Assembly: GCA_000442015.1 (NCBI GenBank)
Contig: KE560580.1
Span: 1 to 36,823, forward strand
Reading direction: 5' to 3'
Source: Rozella allomycis CSF55
Lineage: Eukaryota
Length of the DNA stretch: 36,823 bases
In this document: in pieces, positions 1-12,259 of the stretch
How the letters are laid out: the number at the start of each line of letters is the position of its first letter
Numbering within the stretch: the stretch's first letter is position 1
Notes under the pieces: model-generated
What the model was told of the DNA's origin: nothing
Database searches by the model: none
Seen by the model: the letters and a program-made list of their open reading frames with translations, nothing else
Translations under genes and position numbers: made by a program

Positions 1-39
1 CTAAAAGGGCCTTCACCGTTCACAAGAGAATGGAGGTAA
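1..39 (+). CDS. Possible 3' end of an upstream gene (LKGPSPFTREWR*)
   Basis: Frame-1 reading from the window edge ends in TAA at 37-39, followed by an AT-rich spacer convergent with UBC12. Too short to identify. Confidence 0.3.
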   Translation, partial: LKGPSPFTREWR

Positions 40-91
40 TTTGGGCTTAAATTTATTAAAAACGACGAAAGTAACAATAGTATTTATGAAC

Positions 92-682
92 TTAATACAA
101 TTTATCAAACTTTTCTGGACCAATGATTCCTCCTTTCAAAGCCCTCGCAACATTATTAGCAAATGCTTTCCTGTCACTCCTTAATACTTCAGCCGCTTCT
201 TTATTGAGCGGATCATCGGGATTTGGTTCCAAAAGCAAGAATTGCAGACCGTATACAATCGAGCTAATAGAGAGTACCGGTTTCCAGTCTTCTCTAAGAA
301 TATTTAAGCACACATTTCCTTCCAAGTCAATGTTTGGATGATAAACCTTGTTCAAACACAATACTTTTGGTGGATCATGGGGATATGTTGGCTTGACAGT
401 AAAAGAGAATGTGAAAGTGGCGTCCTTGTACATTCCTGCTGTAGAGAGTAGATAAAATTTACCTTCGTCTGGTTTGATAGTGAGCTGAAAGTTTAAGAGA
501 TTGTTTGAATCTGGAAAACTGATATTGATTGTGGAAGGAAGGGATAGTTCTGTGATATCTATATTTTAAAAGAGAATGAATAAACCTTTTTGGATGCGTA
601 TTTGGGCAGCGGATGTTTTATTTTGTGATGTTGAAGAGGATTGGTCTTTTTTCGCTTGTTTTAATGTGAAAAGTTTCAACAT
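92..682 (-). CDS. UBC12: NEDD8-conjugating E2 enzyme Ubc12 (UBE2M)
   Basis: Spliced: ATG 682 MLKLFTLKQ...[10 protein letters not shown]; 27-nt introns 559-585 and 436-462; [22 protein letters not shown] catalytic motif and [13 protein letters not shown]. The N-terminal M-x-K-L-F-x-L-K peptide is typical of Ubc12. Confidence 0.95.
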
Positions 683-876
683 GAGGGGCTTAGTCAAATG
701 GCAACAATAAGGTACAAGAATAAAATATAGATGTTTAATTGAATTAATTGAATTATATATATGCTAAGTTAAAGTTATTTAAAATCTTAAAAACATTTTA
801 TTTTCTTGATTAACTCAGAAAATTTAATTAATCTTATAAAAACATTTTATATGCACTAAACTTTTTTTATTTAACA

Positions 877-3800
877 TCAACTCCACTCGAGAACCTTTAG
901 TTTATTCAACATTGAAATAAAGTGCGAATGATTACCGGGCAAGTATTTTAATAGATCGTTGATTAACCTATAAAATTTTTTGGTTGCATTATCCAATTCA
1001 TGTAAAGAAATATCGTGTTTTTCGCATGTGCTGAATTTATTAAAGTTAAAATTGACGAGATCAGCAAGAATGTATCCTGTTTCGTAGAGGGAAGAAATAG
1101 CCAAATCTTCGCTATCAAAGCCGAAATTGTTAACGATTGAAGTATTTGATAATTTCTGAATAAAGATATGATTGTTTGAAGCAGAGTTGAAAGTGAATGA
1201 AGAGTTTAGAATGTTTGAATGGAAATGCAAGGGTTTTGAAGAATGAGAATTAGCGCAGATCAAGTTTAGATGAATATTGATTAGAGATTGAAAAGAAGAT
1301 TGAAATTTGTTTAGAATTGGAATAATTTTTGGTAATTTTCTAGGATGAGGGATGAAAGATCCAAGAATGATGATTAATAGATTTAGATTTGATAATTTGT
1401 TGAATAAGCCTAATTGAATAAAGTAATCTAGAAGAAAAGGATTGAAAATGTAATTTAAAGAAAAGATTAGATTGGATCTTTTTTCAACTTTGAAATTTCT
1501 GTTGATTAATCCTAGGGAATATAAAAGATTTAAAGAAAATAGAAATTGATTGTTACATTGTTCTTTTCCATTTAAAAATGAGAATAATCCATGTTGAGCG
1601 ATATTTGGGTAACACAGTGAAGACGAAGGTAGTGAAGGTAGAGGTAGTCTATCTTTCTCATCATCATTAACCTCTTTATCACCTTTAACTTCTCTATTAA
1701 CCTCTTTATCTTTATCTTTCACTTCTCTACCTTTCACTTCTCTGTCTTTCACTTTGTCGATAAAGTCTAGAACATTGCGTAGATTTAAGATGGGATTCCC
1801 ATTGAGATTGAAAGATTTAAAATTTAATAAATGTTCAATTTTAGTGAAAGAAAATAGATGAGAAAAGATGACGTTACCAGAAATATCAAATCCTCTTCTT
1901 CCAGCTCTGCCAGCCATTTGATTGAACATCATATCATTTAAAGGAAAAAAGTGAGAATCTCTAAGGAACAAGACAGAAGAAGCTGGAATGTGAATACCAA
2001 AAGATAAAGTGCTGGTGCAAATAATAGCCAATAAACAACCTTTTAGAGAGATTGATTGATTGATTACCTTTGCGAGATAAATTTTCAATTTCTAGTCTAA
2101 AGACGATAGAGAGACCGCTGTGATGAATTCCAATACCCCTTGCTAGTAAAGAGAGATGACCAGATTGTTCTAGTTGGGGTTCAATTGATTTCAACATTTT
2201 AATAGTCTAGAATTAAATAAAAGAAATTGAAATACTTTATCAATTAATTTCTTTTTATCAGAGTTTATTTTTGGTAGAGAATATTTAAACAATTCAAATG
2301 CTACTTGTTCACAACCATTTCTACTATTTTCAAATATTATAACTGGCAACTTTTTATTTAAATCTAAATCTATTAAAATTGAATTTAATAATCCATTTTC
2401 TATCATTTTATTAAATGTTAAATTTCTAAAATAATGAAGAAATGTTTGAATTTCATTTAATTCTCTTTTAGATTGGAAAAATAGAAATAAATTTAATGCA
2501 TTTTCATTAATCAATTTTAATCTTTTAATTTCATCTTCATTTAATAAATATTTTTCATTGCAAACATGTGATATTCTATAAAGATCCAAAACATTCAATT
2601 TATTAAACAACTCTACAAATTTATAAGTAGAAGGGTAAGAGTTGGAAGTAGAAGTAGAAGTAGTAGGGTTATTAGAAAGAGTACCACTACATGTATTAAC
2701 TTCATTCCCTCTTTCATCAACTTGATTCCCTCTCGCATCTATTTCATCCCCTCTTGCTTCATTCCCACTTGCCATTAAGTTGGTTAGGTTGGTTGATAAA
2801 TAACAATCTTTAAATGATTTAATTGTTAATCTTTGAATAAACCTCTTAATTTTATCATTCTTATTATCACCCTTTTTGTTTGATAATAAATTTTCAACTC
2901 TTTTTAAAACATTTAATTGAATTTCATTTAGATTAAAATTTAAATATTCTTCAATTAAATAAAAGATGTGATTTTCAAGACAAAAGTTTATTAAATTTAG
3001 AAAATCATTTGCATTTCTTAAATTGCTTTCTAAAACATTCAGAAATGGAATTTTATCAATTAATTTGTTTTTAAAAATTATTTTAAATTGTTCCAACGTT
3101 GATGGATATTTTTTAAAGTAATTAGTGAGAGAAGTAGTAGTAGGGGGAGATGTAGTAGGGGGAGATGTAGTAGTTGAAGTAGCAGTTGTTGAAGTTGAAG
3201 TAGTAGTAGAATGACATGTATCATTGTATGTATCTTTACATGTAGAGTCTTCTTTACAACTTACGGTATCTTTTCCATTCTCTACGTCTTCTAACGCTTT
3301 GAATTCTTTCAAAAGATTGATTGGAATTTCTTCTAGTTTGGATGTAAAAGATGAAGATTTAATTAAAGATTTCAAATGACAAAATAAAATATTTTTAGCT
3401 AAATTAAATTCAATTAAATTATTTTCAAAATTAAAAAGAAAAAAGAAACAATTCCAAAATTCATCAAATGAAAATATTCCACAAAAACACAATTCTATTT
3501 CTAATTCTTTATAAATCTCAAAACAATTTTTATTCTTTAAATTCAAATAAATAAATTCAACAATTTTATCTTTTTTGCTACTAGTATCAACACTTTCAAA
3601 CTTTTTGCCTGTAAATTCTTCATATAGACATTTCAGAAATAGTTTATCTTTGGAATCATTTAATACAAACAAATCTGGATGAAACTCGAAAAAATCTACA
3701 AATGAATTCACATAATAAACAAATGGAACTGGACTTTCAATCATTCTCTTTCTCTTTATCACTTTCTTTACTATGGGAAAACTAAATGCCAATTTCCCCC

Positions 3801-6800
3801 TCAAAATTAATCCCTTGACAAATTCAAATGAGCAATCTACACACTCATTCAATGCACTTAGTGAATTTAATGAAATTAGTGAATTTAAAAATGGAATTGA
3901 TTTAAAATTGTTAAATGATTTTACATTGCTATCATTTGTATCTCTTACATCTCTTGTATTATTTACGTCGCTAATCCCCTCTATGGCATAAAAATCATTC
4001 AAGTGAAGGCTGCATTTCTCTCTACTCTTAACATTCCCATCACACTCATCTTTATTCTCAACATCACTTTCAATCTCAATTAAACTAACTTCTCCTCTAA
4101 ACACCTTCTCAAACACACCATCTCCACTCTCCACCTTTTCCATCTTAATCAACCCCCCACAATAACTATAAAAATTCAACGGAATCACCCTCTTGTCAGT
4201 CTTGATAAAATCAATCACATCATTCTTCATCTCAAATATACTCTTCAGCCAGCCAAAAAATAACTCTTCACTCGTTCCCAACGTTGCTGACAATCCAACA
4301 AACAACACTCCACTAGGGATCATCAATATCATCTTTTCCCATACAATACCCCGCTCTTCATCTTGGATTAAATGGATCTCATCTACTACTACAACCTCAA
4401 ATTCATCGCCTCTGCCATTCTCATAGAATTTTAACACAATCTCTGGAACGGTCACTAGAATTCTCGCTTGTAAATCAATCTTCAAATCATTAGTCAATAT
4501 CCCCACCAAAGGGTTAGAATTATTCCCACTCATTTTATTATCACTCATTCTGTTATCATTCATTTTGTTATCATTAATTATGTTATCATTAATCTTTTTA
4601 TTTAAACCCTCTTTACACCCTTTACACTCTTTAAGATTGAATCTACTGGTCAACTCACAGTACGCTTGATGAACCAATGCTTTCGTTGGACACACATACA
4701 CCACCCTCTTCCCTTCAATCAACCCCTTCTCAACCGCATACATGCCAATCTCAGTCTTTCCATTAGACGTTGGCGCAGATACCAACACACTCCTCTCCCG
4801 ATACAAACTAGCAAACGCTCTCTTCTGGAATTCATCATATTCAAACTTTCTTCTTTTCTTGCTATACTCTCCGGGATATCGGGGTATCTCTCCTCCAGCA
4901 TTAATCTCTATTTTATCGACATTGTATCCCTTTGATACTGCTATCAATCGCTTCTTTTCTTTCTCTGCTTCAACGCTGTTCCTCTTGTTGAATTCTCTTT
5001 TATCTGCTTTGTTTCTCTTTTCATTTCTGAATTTTAAATGCTCAATTGGAAACAAGAACCCATCTGCTTTAGTTTGTTCAACTTTATCATCTTCAATATT
5101 CTCAAAGTTTTTAACTCTACCATCTTCAAAGTTTATAATTTGAATATCAATTAAATTCATTTCACTCAAAAATCGTCTCACTCTTTCATCTTGTAAATTT
5201 CCAGAATAATTCAAACTCATTTCAATAAAAATTGATTCATCAAAATTCATTAAATCATCCACCAAACTTTCATTCTCCTCTTTATTGTTTCTAAAGTTCA
5301 AACATTCATAATACATTAAATAATGATACAATCCCAATTCAATAAACGCCAACAATTCATTCTTCTCTTTTACTTTCTCCTTCACTTTACTCTCTTTCAC
5401 TTTGTTAAAGTTCCCTTGATAAATCAGATATGATGAAACTAGAACATTCCCAAAATACTTTGGAAACCTCAAATTGAAACATTTAAGAAATCTAGCAACT
5501 TTCCACATTAATGGATCACTCGAATCAAACAACTCATCTTCAATTAAAACATTACAAAATTTAGCTTCAACTATTTGTCGTCCTTCATCAACCCTCTCCA
5601 AATTCAAAATTGCATAAACGTGACTTCTTATCTCTCTAAAATAATTCCAATCAAACTCTGAAAACTTCACAAATGGAATTTCAGGCAACCTATTTCTTCC
5701 ATTAAAAAACAAACCAAAATTCCATCTCACATTGCCAACAATTTCCTTTGCTTCTTTTTCATTAACCTCCATCGCCTGCTGAATCAATCTCGTAAGCTTT
5801 TTTCTTTCTCGTCTCTCCACATCTCTAAACAAAACACTCAAATCTGTCGTCTTTTGCCACTTTAAAAAACAAATCACCAATTCAATCTTTTCTCGTCTAC
5901 TCAAATGTCTTTTAAGCGTCAACATTAAATAAAAAGCCTCTAAATCTGAATCTTTCACATAATCATTGCCAACAAGACATCCAAATAGCTTCAACTCTTC
6001 AAGACTACTAAATCCGAATTTATCAATTATCGTCTTTGAATCAAAAAGTCTTCCCTTCAATTCAAAATCTTCAAATCTCAACGACGATAATGGTATATAT
6101 TTAACTCCCATACAGTAATAATCTGAATCTTCGCCCATGCAAAACACATTACAAAATTTATCTCGTTCAATCGTTTTATACAAACTAGATATATAACTAT
6201 CAGCTTCATTAAATGCAAATACAGTCTTAATGTTTAGTCTTTTGCAAACATAATACAATAGTCTATTCGCCATAAACGGTACAAACGTCGCATCTTCCTT
6301 TTCAATAAACGTTCTTTCGCATTTCATTTCTGGTATCTCAATCTTCAACAATTCTTCAACATCTCTCATCTCTTCCTCTCCAACATTCACTTCCTCTACA
6401 CTCTCCTCGACCTTTCCAATCTCATCATCCACCATCTCCTCCGCGCCCTCCCCACCCGTCTCCTTCAACTCCCTCTTCAAAAACCCCTCAAAATCGTCCC
6501 TCCTCTCCCTGCCCCTCTTCACAACAGTCTCCCTCTTAACATCCTCGCTCGCTCCATCAAACACAACCACCACAGCATGCTCCTCCAGCAGCCCGAAAAA
6601 CCACTCGCAATTAACTACAAAATGTCTATAATCGCATCCAAACGACCATCCAACGCCCTGCAGCGGAAGCTGGGAATATTGTAGGTGCCACAGGTAGAAT
6701 ATCACGCTGCTGCCGTCAACTAGTATCAACGATCGCGGCTGTTTTGTTAAGCTTATTAGCTGGCTGTATTCGCGCCGGTTTGCGTGCAGGTACGAATGAA

Positions 6801-6816
6801 GACCTCGGATTCCCAT
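877..6816 (-). CDS. ~1960-aa fusion: N-terminal FEN1/XPG/Asteroid-like PIN nuclease plus DDX60-like Ski2-family DExH helicase
   Basis: ATG 6816 (MGIRGL). Exons 6816-2236, 2206-2068 and 2039-877, with GT-AG introns 2207-2235 (29 nt) and 2040-2067 (28 nt), join three ORFs in frame. Nuclease motifs: LVDGSS, VVFDG, EAD, EDSD, LVGNDY. Helicase motifs: SAPTSNGKT, YVCPTKAL, VVVDEIH, LSAT, PVIIFENSR, RGIGIHHSGL, TSTLSFGIHIPA, QMAGRAGRRGFD. Confidence 0.88.
1660..1755 (-). repeat. Degenerate coding tandem repeat (K/R-E-V-K/N units) in the helicase C-terminal region
   Basis: Protein KVKDREVKGREVKDKDKEVNREVKGDKEVNDD; recurring ctttcacttctct / taacctctttatc on the + strand. Confidence 0.6.
2698..2770 (-). 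repeat. Degenerate ~21-nt coding repeat (GNEARGDEIDARGNQVDERGNEV)
   Basis: Repeated ttcattccctct / tgattccctct / ttcatcccctct units at ~21-nt spacing. Confidence 0.55.
3130..3210 (-). repeat. Thr/Ser/Pro-rich coding repeat (gtagtagggggagat x2 plus gta runs)
   Basis: Two 15-nt copies of gtagtagggggagat; encodes TTTSPPTTSPPTTTS. Confidence 0.65.
4525..4595 (-). repeat. 15-nt degenerate coding repeat (NDNII-NDNKM-NDNRM-SDNKM-SGN) inside helicase RecA1
   Basis: gttatcatt / ttatcact recurring every 15 nt. Confidence 0.6.
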
Positions 6817-7034
6817 GGTTCGAAATTTCTGCTGATTGATTCGATAAGGTTTATCGGAATTTAGTTGGTGATTATGTTTAAGATTATGTTTAAGATAAAA
6901 TTGAGGTGACACAAGTCGTTGAATTTTTACCAGATACAAAAAAATTGCCTGCGATTAATGTAGCCTGATTCATCAAAAGAGAAACCGACAAAAGCGAAAA
7001 TAATATTTCAAGAAGAATAATGATCAAATGCCTT

Positions 7035-8159
7035 TTATTTAGATTCTAATATTTCACGTAGACGGCTGGACTCACGGTCAAAACGTTGTACTTCCAATAA
7101 AAATGATTCACGATTTAAATATCTCTTTAACTGATAATAAAGATGAATAGCTATTTCTTTCAATTCATTGTCGCTCAATTGGGCGCCAGATGTTAACGCT
7201 TCTTTATGGTAGTAAAGAAAATACTTATAAAACTCTGCTATTTGATTCAGTTGATTCATATCACGATACACCTTTAACCCGCTGAAAAAATTGTCAATCA
7301 TTTTCTTCTCTCTTTCCTCCAACGTTTTAAAATCTCTACAGATTTTGTAATTCGGGGGTTCAAGAGGTCCCCCAAGTCTCAACAAGACACGGCCATGAAT
7401 ACAAGGTAGTATTTCTGGCTCACAATTTGATAAAGCCAAATGCCTTAGGTTATTGCCTACATTTCTTAATTTGTAATCAAACTCCATTAGGTAGAATTGA
7501 CTTTTTGCCGATAACCTCGTCCAGTGATATTCAATAAGAATTTGAAACTTTTTTGTGCTTATGAAACTAGTATAATAGAAAATATCCACTAAAGAACTTT
7601 CTTTAAAAACGTTGGCCATAATCAAATGATCCAATACACGTACGCTTGAATACTTTATAATGCACTTTGTGATCGTGAATAGACCGAAACCAGGGAAAAA
7701 ATTGTCTGTCCCGATAACCATTGATGGTCTTAAGATTTTAGATAGAACAAGATCTTCAATTAATTCATCTTGTCGACATATTTTTTCATAGAATTCTGGA
7801 TGGTCAAGATCAGGTTGCTGTAAATGCGGTTTAAAAATTTCAGCGAAATTCAAAATGAAAGGGACCATTTCTAATTCCACCAGATCCTTTAACAAACTCT
7901 TCTTCTGCTCTGGGGAGCTGGGGATCAATTCTCCAAACAAGTCCATAGCCAAGACATCGTTTGCGTAATAAACACGGTGCAAGCATTGTAATTTTTCAAC
8001 TTGTGTATCAAGTTCGTCGAGAATTCTCAAGCCATCATCAAGTTGAACATCTGGAAAGGATAGGATACTCCTGAAACAGTTGTCAACGTCGGTCATGTCC
8101 TGGTCTAGATGTGAACAAAAGATCCCGATAAGAAACAGTAACAAATAATGAGCTTTCAT
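7035..8159 (-). CDS. Intronless putative secreted protein of unknown function (374 aa), effector candidate
   Basis: Long ORF. The ATG at 8159 gives MKAHYLLLFLIGIFCS, a typical signal peptide. No recognised domain; appears mostly helical. Confidence 0.7.
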   Translation of the reverse strand: MKAHYLLLFLIGIFCSHLDQDMTDVDNCFRSILSFPDVQLDDGLRILDELDTQVEKLQCLHRVYYANDVLAMDLFGELIPSSPEQKKSLLKDLVELEMVPFILNFAEIFKPHLQQPDLDHPEFYEKICRQDELIEDLVLSKILRPSMVIGTDNFFPGFGLFTITKCIIKYSSVRVLDHLIMANVFKESSLVDIFYYTSFISTKKFQILIEYHWTRLSAKSQFYLMEFDYKLRNVGNNLRHLALSNCEPEILPCIHGRVLLRLGGPLEPPNYKICRDFKTLEEREKKMIDNFFSGLKVYRDMNQLNQIAEFYKYFLYYHKEALTSGAQLSDNELKEIAIHLYYQLKRYLNRESFLLEVQRFDRESSRLREILESK

Positions 8160-8888
8160 TTTACCAGGGTTGATATTTTTGCAACTTTGTAATTGAATAT
8201 TCGTAAATCTATTTTTAGATTTTTCCGATGAATGCCTTTTCTGCATCATAATAATCCACAATATCAATTTCAAACCTGATTTTATTCAATTCGTAGATTT
8301 ATTCTAAATCACTTAAAGTAAAGGGTATAGAAAACATATTTTGAAATAAACCTATACTTGTAAGCTGCAACCAGTTTAATCCCAAGTGGCCAACCAGGAA
8401 CTTGGACCAGAGCGACAACATTTGAAATGAATCTTCTGGCTGATTAATGTCCCAAGTTTGGTTGCTTCACGGAGACTCTAGACATGTTATTTTTCCGTTT
8501 CTGCATGACATCAACTGGAGGAATGTGTGTATTCTTTGGGTTTCTATAAGTGTACTGTGTATCTCACATGAAGTAAAAGATAAGTTTCACATTAGCAAAA
8601 AATGATGCAATAACGAAAAAATCTGACCTTATTAACATTCAACAAATAACAATCATGAATGGATTTTCCTCTGCTTAATAATCAATATAAAATTTAAATG
8701 TTATATTTGATTCCTAAACTTTTCTCCTAAAATACTTGAAGAACACATTCAATTTTAGTGGTATAAGTTTCCAAATTGATGCTGAACTTTTAATCCACAT
8801 TTTTCTTTAGGAACTTTGCGCCTGTAGTAGGTTTAGTAAAATTATATCATGACGTGGATTTCGCCCGTCAAATTTTAGAAATTTCGAA

Positions 8889-11800
8889 ATGCAACAGCCT
8901 CGGCCTCCTCAAGCGAGTCAACAAAACGTAAGACCGGTGCATACAAATATAAGACCACCTGGTAATATTCCACCGAATGCAAGGCCACGTCCCCCTGGTA
9001 CACCCGGCGTACCGGTTGCACAAGGGATGCGACCAAGGCCTATGGTAATATTGGTGTAAATACGATGATAGAATCCTCAGCAAATGCAAAATATGAGACC
9101 TTTACCAGCGCAAGGTAATCCTAGTCGTCCTGCACAGCGACCGATTCCTAGCCAACAGCATACGCCACCAAGCCAACATAATGTTCCACCAAACATGAAT
9201 TTTAATCCAATTCACAACTATGCTGCAAATGTTCCGCCAAATGTAAATCAAAATGTAAGGCCAATGGTAAATTGTTTTAAATTGCGTTGAAAGGAAACGA
9301 TTACTAATGAAATGTCTCAGATGAATGTACGAAATACAAGGGCCAAGAGAGTATATGATAATGTGAATGTAGTGAATGCGAATGCGAACGCCAATACGAT
9401 GCAGCCACCTCTACCAGTACCAGGCAGGGGATCTTTTGGCGCACCACCGAATAACAATTTTCAAAGCAATTTTAACCTAGCTGGTCCTACATCGCCTGGA
9501 TCTGTTCAAACGCCCAGTAGTTTTCCTCAACCGCCATTGGGTACCGTGCCAAACCAGGGATACAGGCCACCACCGACAACAGCGCCATATCCGCCACCGA
9601 TGACACCGAATTCAGCACAGAACATTGCAACTCCTAATCAATCGCGTCCAAATGTTGATCCTGATATGATACCTTCGTGTTTGACGGTATTTGAACAGGA
9701 GCAGAGATATTTTAATGGGAATTTGTATTATACGGGGACAGGAGATGTACCACCCTCATCTATGATTGAATATGTGTCTGTTGATCAAGGTAAGATGATA
9801 AATTTTGAATTATAGGGAATTGTAGACCACAATTTATGAGATTAACTTGTGGCAATTTGCCATCGACTGCTGATTTGGCATTGGCGTCATCCATACCACT
9901 TGGAATTATTATTCAACCGTTGGCTGAAGTTGGAGATGAAGAAATGCCGATTCCTGTTGTAGATTTCGGAAGTTCTGGAATAGTGAGATGTTCAACATGT
10001 CAAGGTTATATAAATTGCTTTGTAAGGTTTTCTGAGGGAGGGAGAAAATATAAATGTAATTTATGTGGCAAGGACAATGAAGGTAAAAATAAGTTTGAGA
10101 GATTATAAAGTTTCGAATGAATATTTTTCTAATTTGGATCATACAGGGATGCGATGTGATATAGAAAGCAGACCAGAGTTGAGATTTGGGAGTGTAGAAT
10201 TTGTAGCGCCAGATGAGTTTAAGTTTAGAAAGATTGAAGAAACAAAGATAGTTTTTGTTATAGATTCTTCATGGCAGTCTATTCAAAGTGGTTTATTCCA
10301 GGGGTCAATAGAAGCAATAAAGAGATCAATTGAAACGTTTCCAGTAGTTGAAGGGAAATGTATTTATAAGATTGGGATTGTAACGTTTGATAAAGATATA
10401 ACATTTTATAATGTTCATGAATCATTGTTGACTCCACAGATGATTGTAGTGTCAGATCTAGAAGATCCATTTAATCCAATAGAAGAAAGATTTTTTGTAG
10501 ATCCAATTGAGAGCAAAGATCAAATTAATAATCTTTTTGAAATTTTACCAGAGATATTTAAAGATAAACGAAATATTCAATCTTGTTTGTTGGCGTGTTT
10601 AAAAGCGATGAAAATTTGTTTAGAAAAGACAGGGGGCAGAATAGAAGTGTTTCAAACAACGTTGCCTAATCATGGGCCAGGTGATTTAAAGACGAGAAAA
10701 GATAATAAAAACAATTCATCTGAGAATGAAAAAGTTTTGTATAATCCAATCGATAAAGAATATAAAGATTTTGCTCAATCATGTGCATCTAATGGCATCT
10801 CTATAGATCTTTTCATTTCGTCATCAAATTTTGTAGATTTAGGAACTCTTAATGTGTTGCCTTGTTTAACATCTGGATCTATTTATTTTTACCAAAAATT
10901 TAATCCAGAGAAATTAATTACAGATCTAAGATTACTTTTGCAAAAGAATTTTGGTTATGATGGATTGTTGAGGGTTAGATGTAGCAATGGTAATCTATTT
11001 GATTTGTTACTAAAAATAGAAATGGGTATTTCAGATCATTTAGGAAATTTCAGTATGAGAAATTCTACAGATTTAGAATTTGGAAGAATAGATTGTGACA
11101 GAACAATCGCAGTTCAATTAAGACATTTGAGTAAAATAGAAAATAATACAAATTGTTACTTTCAATGTGCGATGGTTTATACAACAAACAAAGGAGAGAG
11201 AAGAATTAGAGTTCATAACATTTCAGCTAAAGCAACGACCCAATTTTCTGAAATGTTTAAATCTTCAGATGTCGACGCCATCATAAATTTTCTTGCACGT
11301 GGTTCAGCCACACAACTATTTCTTTCATCTAGCAAATTTGTTAGAGATCATTTAAGATCTAAATGTATTCAAATATTCTCTGCTTATAGAAAATTCATGT
11401 CTGCTTCAAGTTCAACAAGTCAATTAGTCTTGCCTGAATCTCTAAAATTACTTCCAATTTTCCTTCTTTCTTTAATCAAATCTAAAGCATTCCGTTCTCT
11501 TGGAGAATCTTCTGACGTTAGAGTTTATTACGCTCGCTGCATCAAAAATTTTTCTCCTAAATCTTTAATGGAATTCATTTATCCAAAACTTTATCCTCTT
11601 CACTTCTTGCCTGAACAAGTTGGCGAGTTTGATGAAAAGGGTAAAATTATACTTCCTTCGCCTGTTCGCTTAAGTTACTCCAGATTAGATTCAAATGGCA
11701 TTTACATTTTATGTAACAAATTTCATTCTATTTTTTTCTAGGCAATCCCTTTTATCTATTTCTCTGGGTTGGTCAAGATGTTTCTTCAAATCTCTTATCT

Positions 11801-12099
11801 CTAGTGTTCAATGTAACTCAAATTAATCAAATTCCTCTCAAAGTAATCCATTATTATTCAATCAACAGAATTCTCTTCCAATCCTTGAAAATAATACAAA
11901 CAGACAAATCAGGGATGTTATCTCCTTTCTTCAAACTAAATTCAATGTTTATCTTCCTTTGCAAATCGTTAGACAAAGAATAGATCCTTGGGAAATCGAA
12001 TTCAATAATCTCCTAATTGAAGACAAAAATAACGACGCTTTGGATTACGCAGACTTTTTGGTTGATATTCATAGGGGTGTTATTCAAGAATTACAATAA
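8889..12099 (+). CDS. SEC24: COPII coat subunit Sec24 (Sec24C/D, Sfb3-like)
   Basis: Pro/Gln-rich N-terminus; DQGNCRPQFMRLT; zinc finger RCSTCQGYIN...YKCNLC; RPELRFGSVEF; trunk domain FVIDSS; GERRIRVHN; LVLPESLKLLP; C-terminal LIEDK..DYADFLVDIH. About seven 26-30 nt introns; stop TAA 12097-12099. Confidence 0.95.
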
Positions 12100-12259
12100 A
12101 CATTATTAACATGCAAATCTATCTCTTTATTAGTTTGTAATTTACAATAAGTGTTACGGCGTGAGCTAAACCATCGCGAGTATTTTATTATTTATATCAA
12201 CTAAGTAAAACAAATAGTCAGGATGCATTTGTATGTTTCATGGTGTTTGAATTACCTTC

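Noticed and set aside
2046-2065. (attg)n microsatellite
   Set aside because: About four copies inside a 28-nt intron; no evident significance.
1961-2235. Apparent frameshifts or pseudogenisation between the helicase ORFs
   Set aside because: Fully explained by canonical 29-nt and 28-nt GT-AG introns.
3773-5143. Plus-strand ORFs antisense to the helicase (and similar ones opposite UBC12, SVF1, ZSWIM2, the kinase and APC1)
   Set aside because: Shadow ORFs produced by codon bias of the real genes; they have no motifs.
6817-6939. N-terminal extension of the 1582-aa ORF upstream of MGIRGL
   Set aside because: It relies on a non-ATG start. FEN-like nucleases begin at M-G-[IV], so ATG 6816 is preferred.
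7027-7042. tgccttttat resembling U5 snRNA loop 1
   Set aside because: It does not match GCCTTTTAC, overlaps a stop codon, and has no supporting stem or Sm site.
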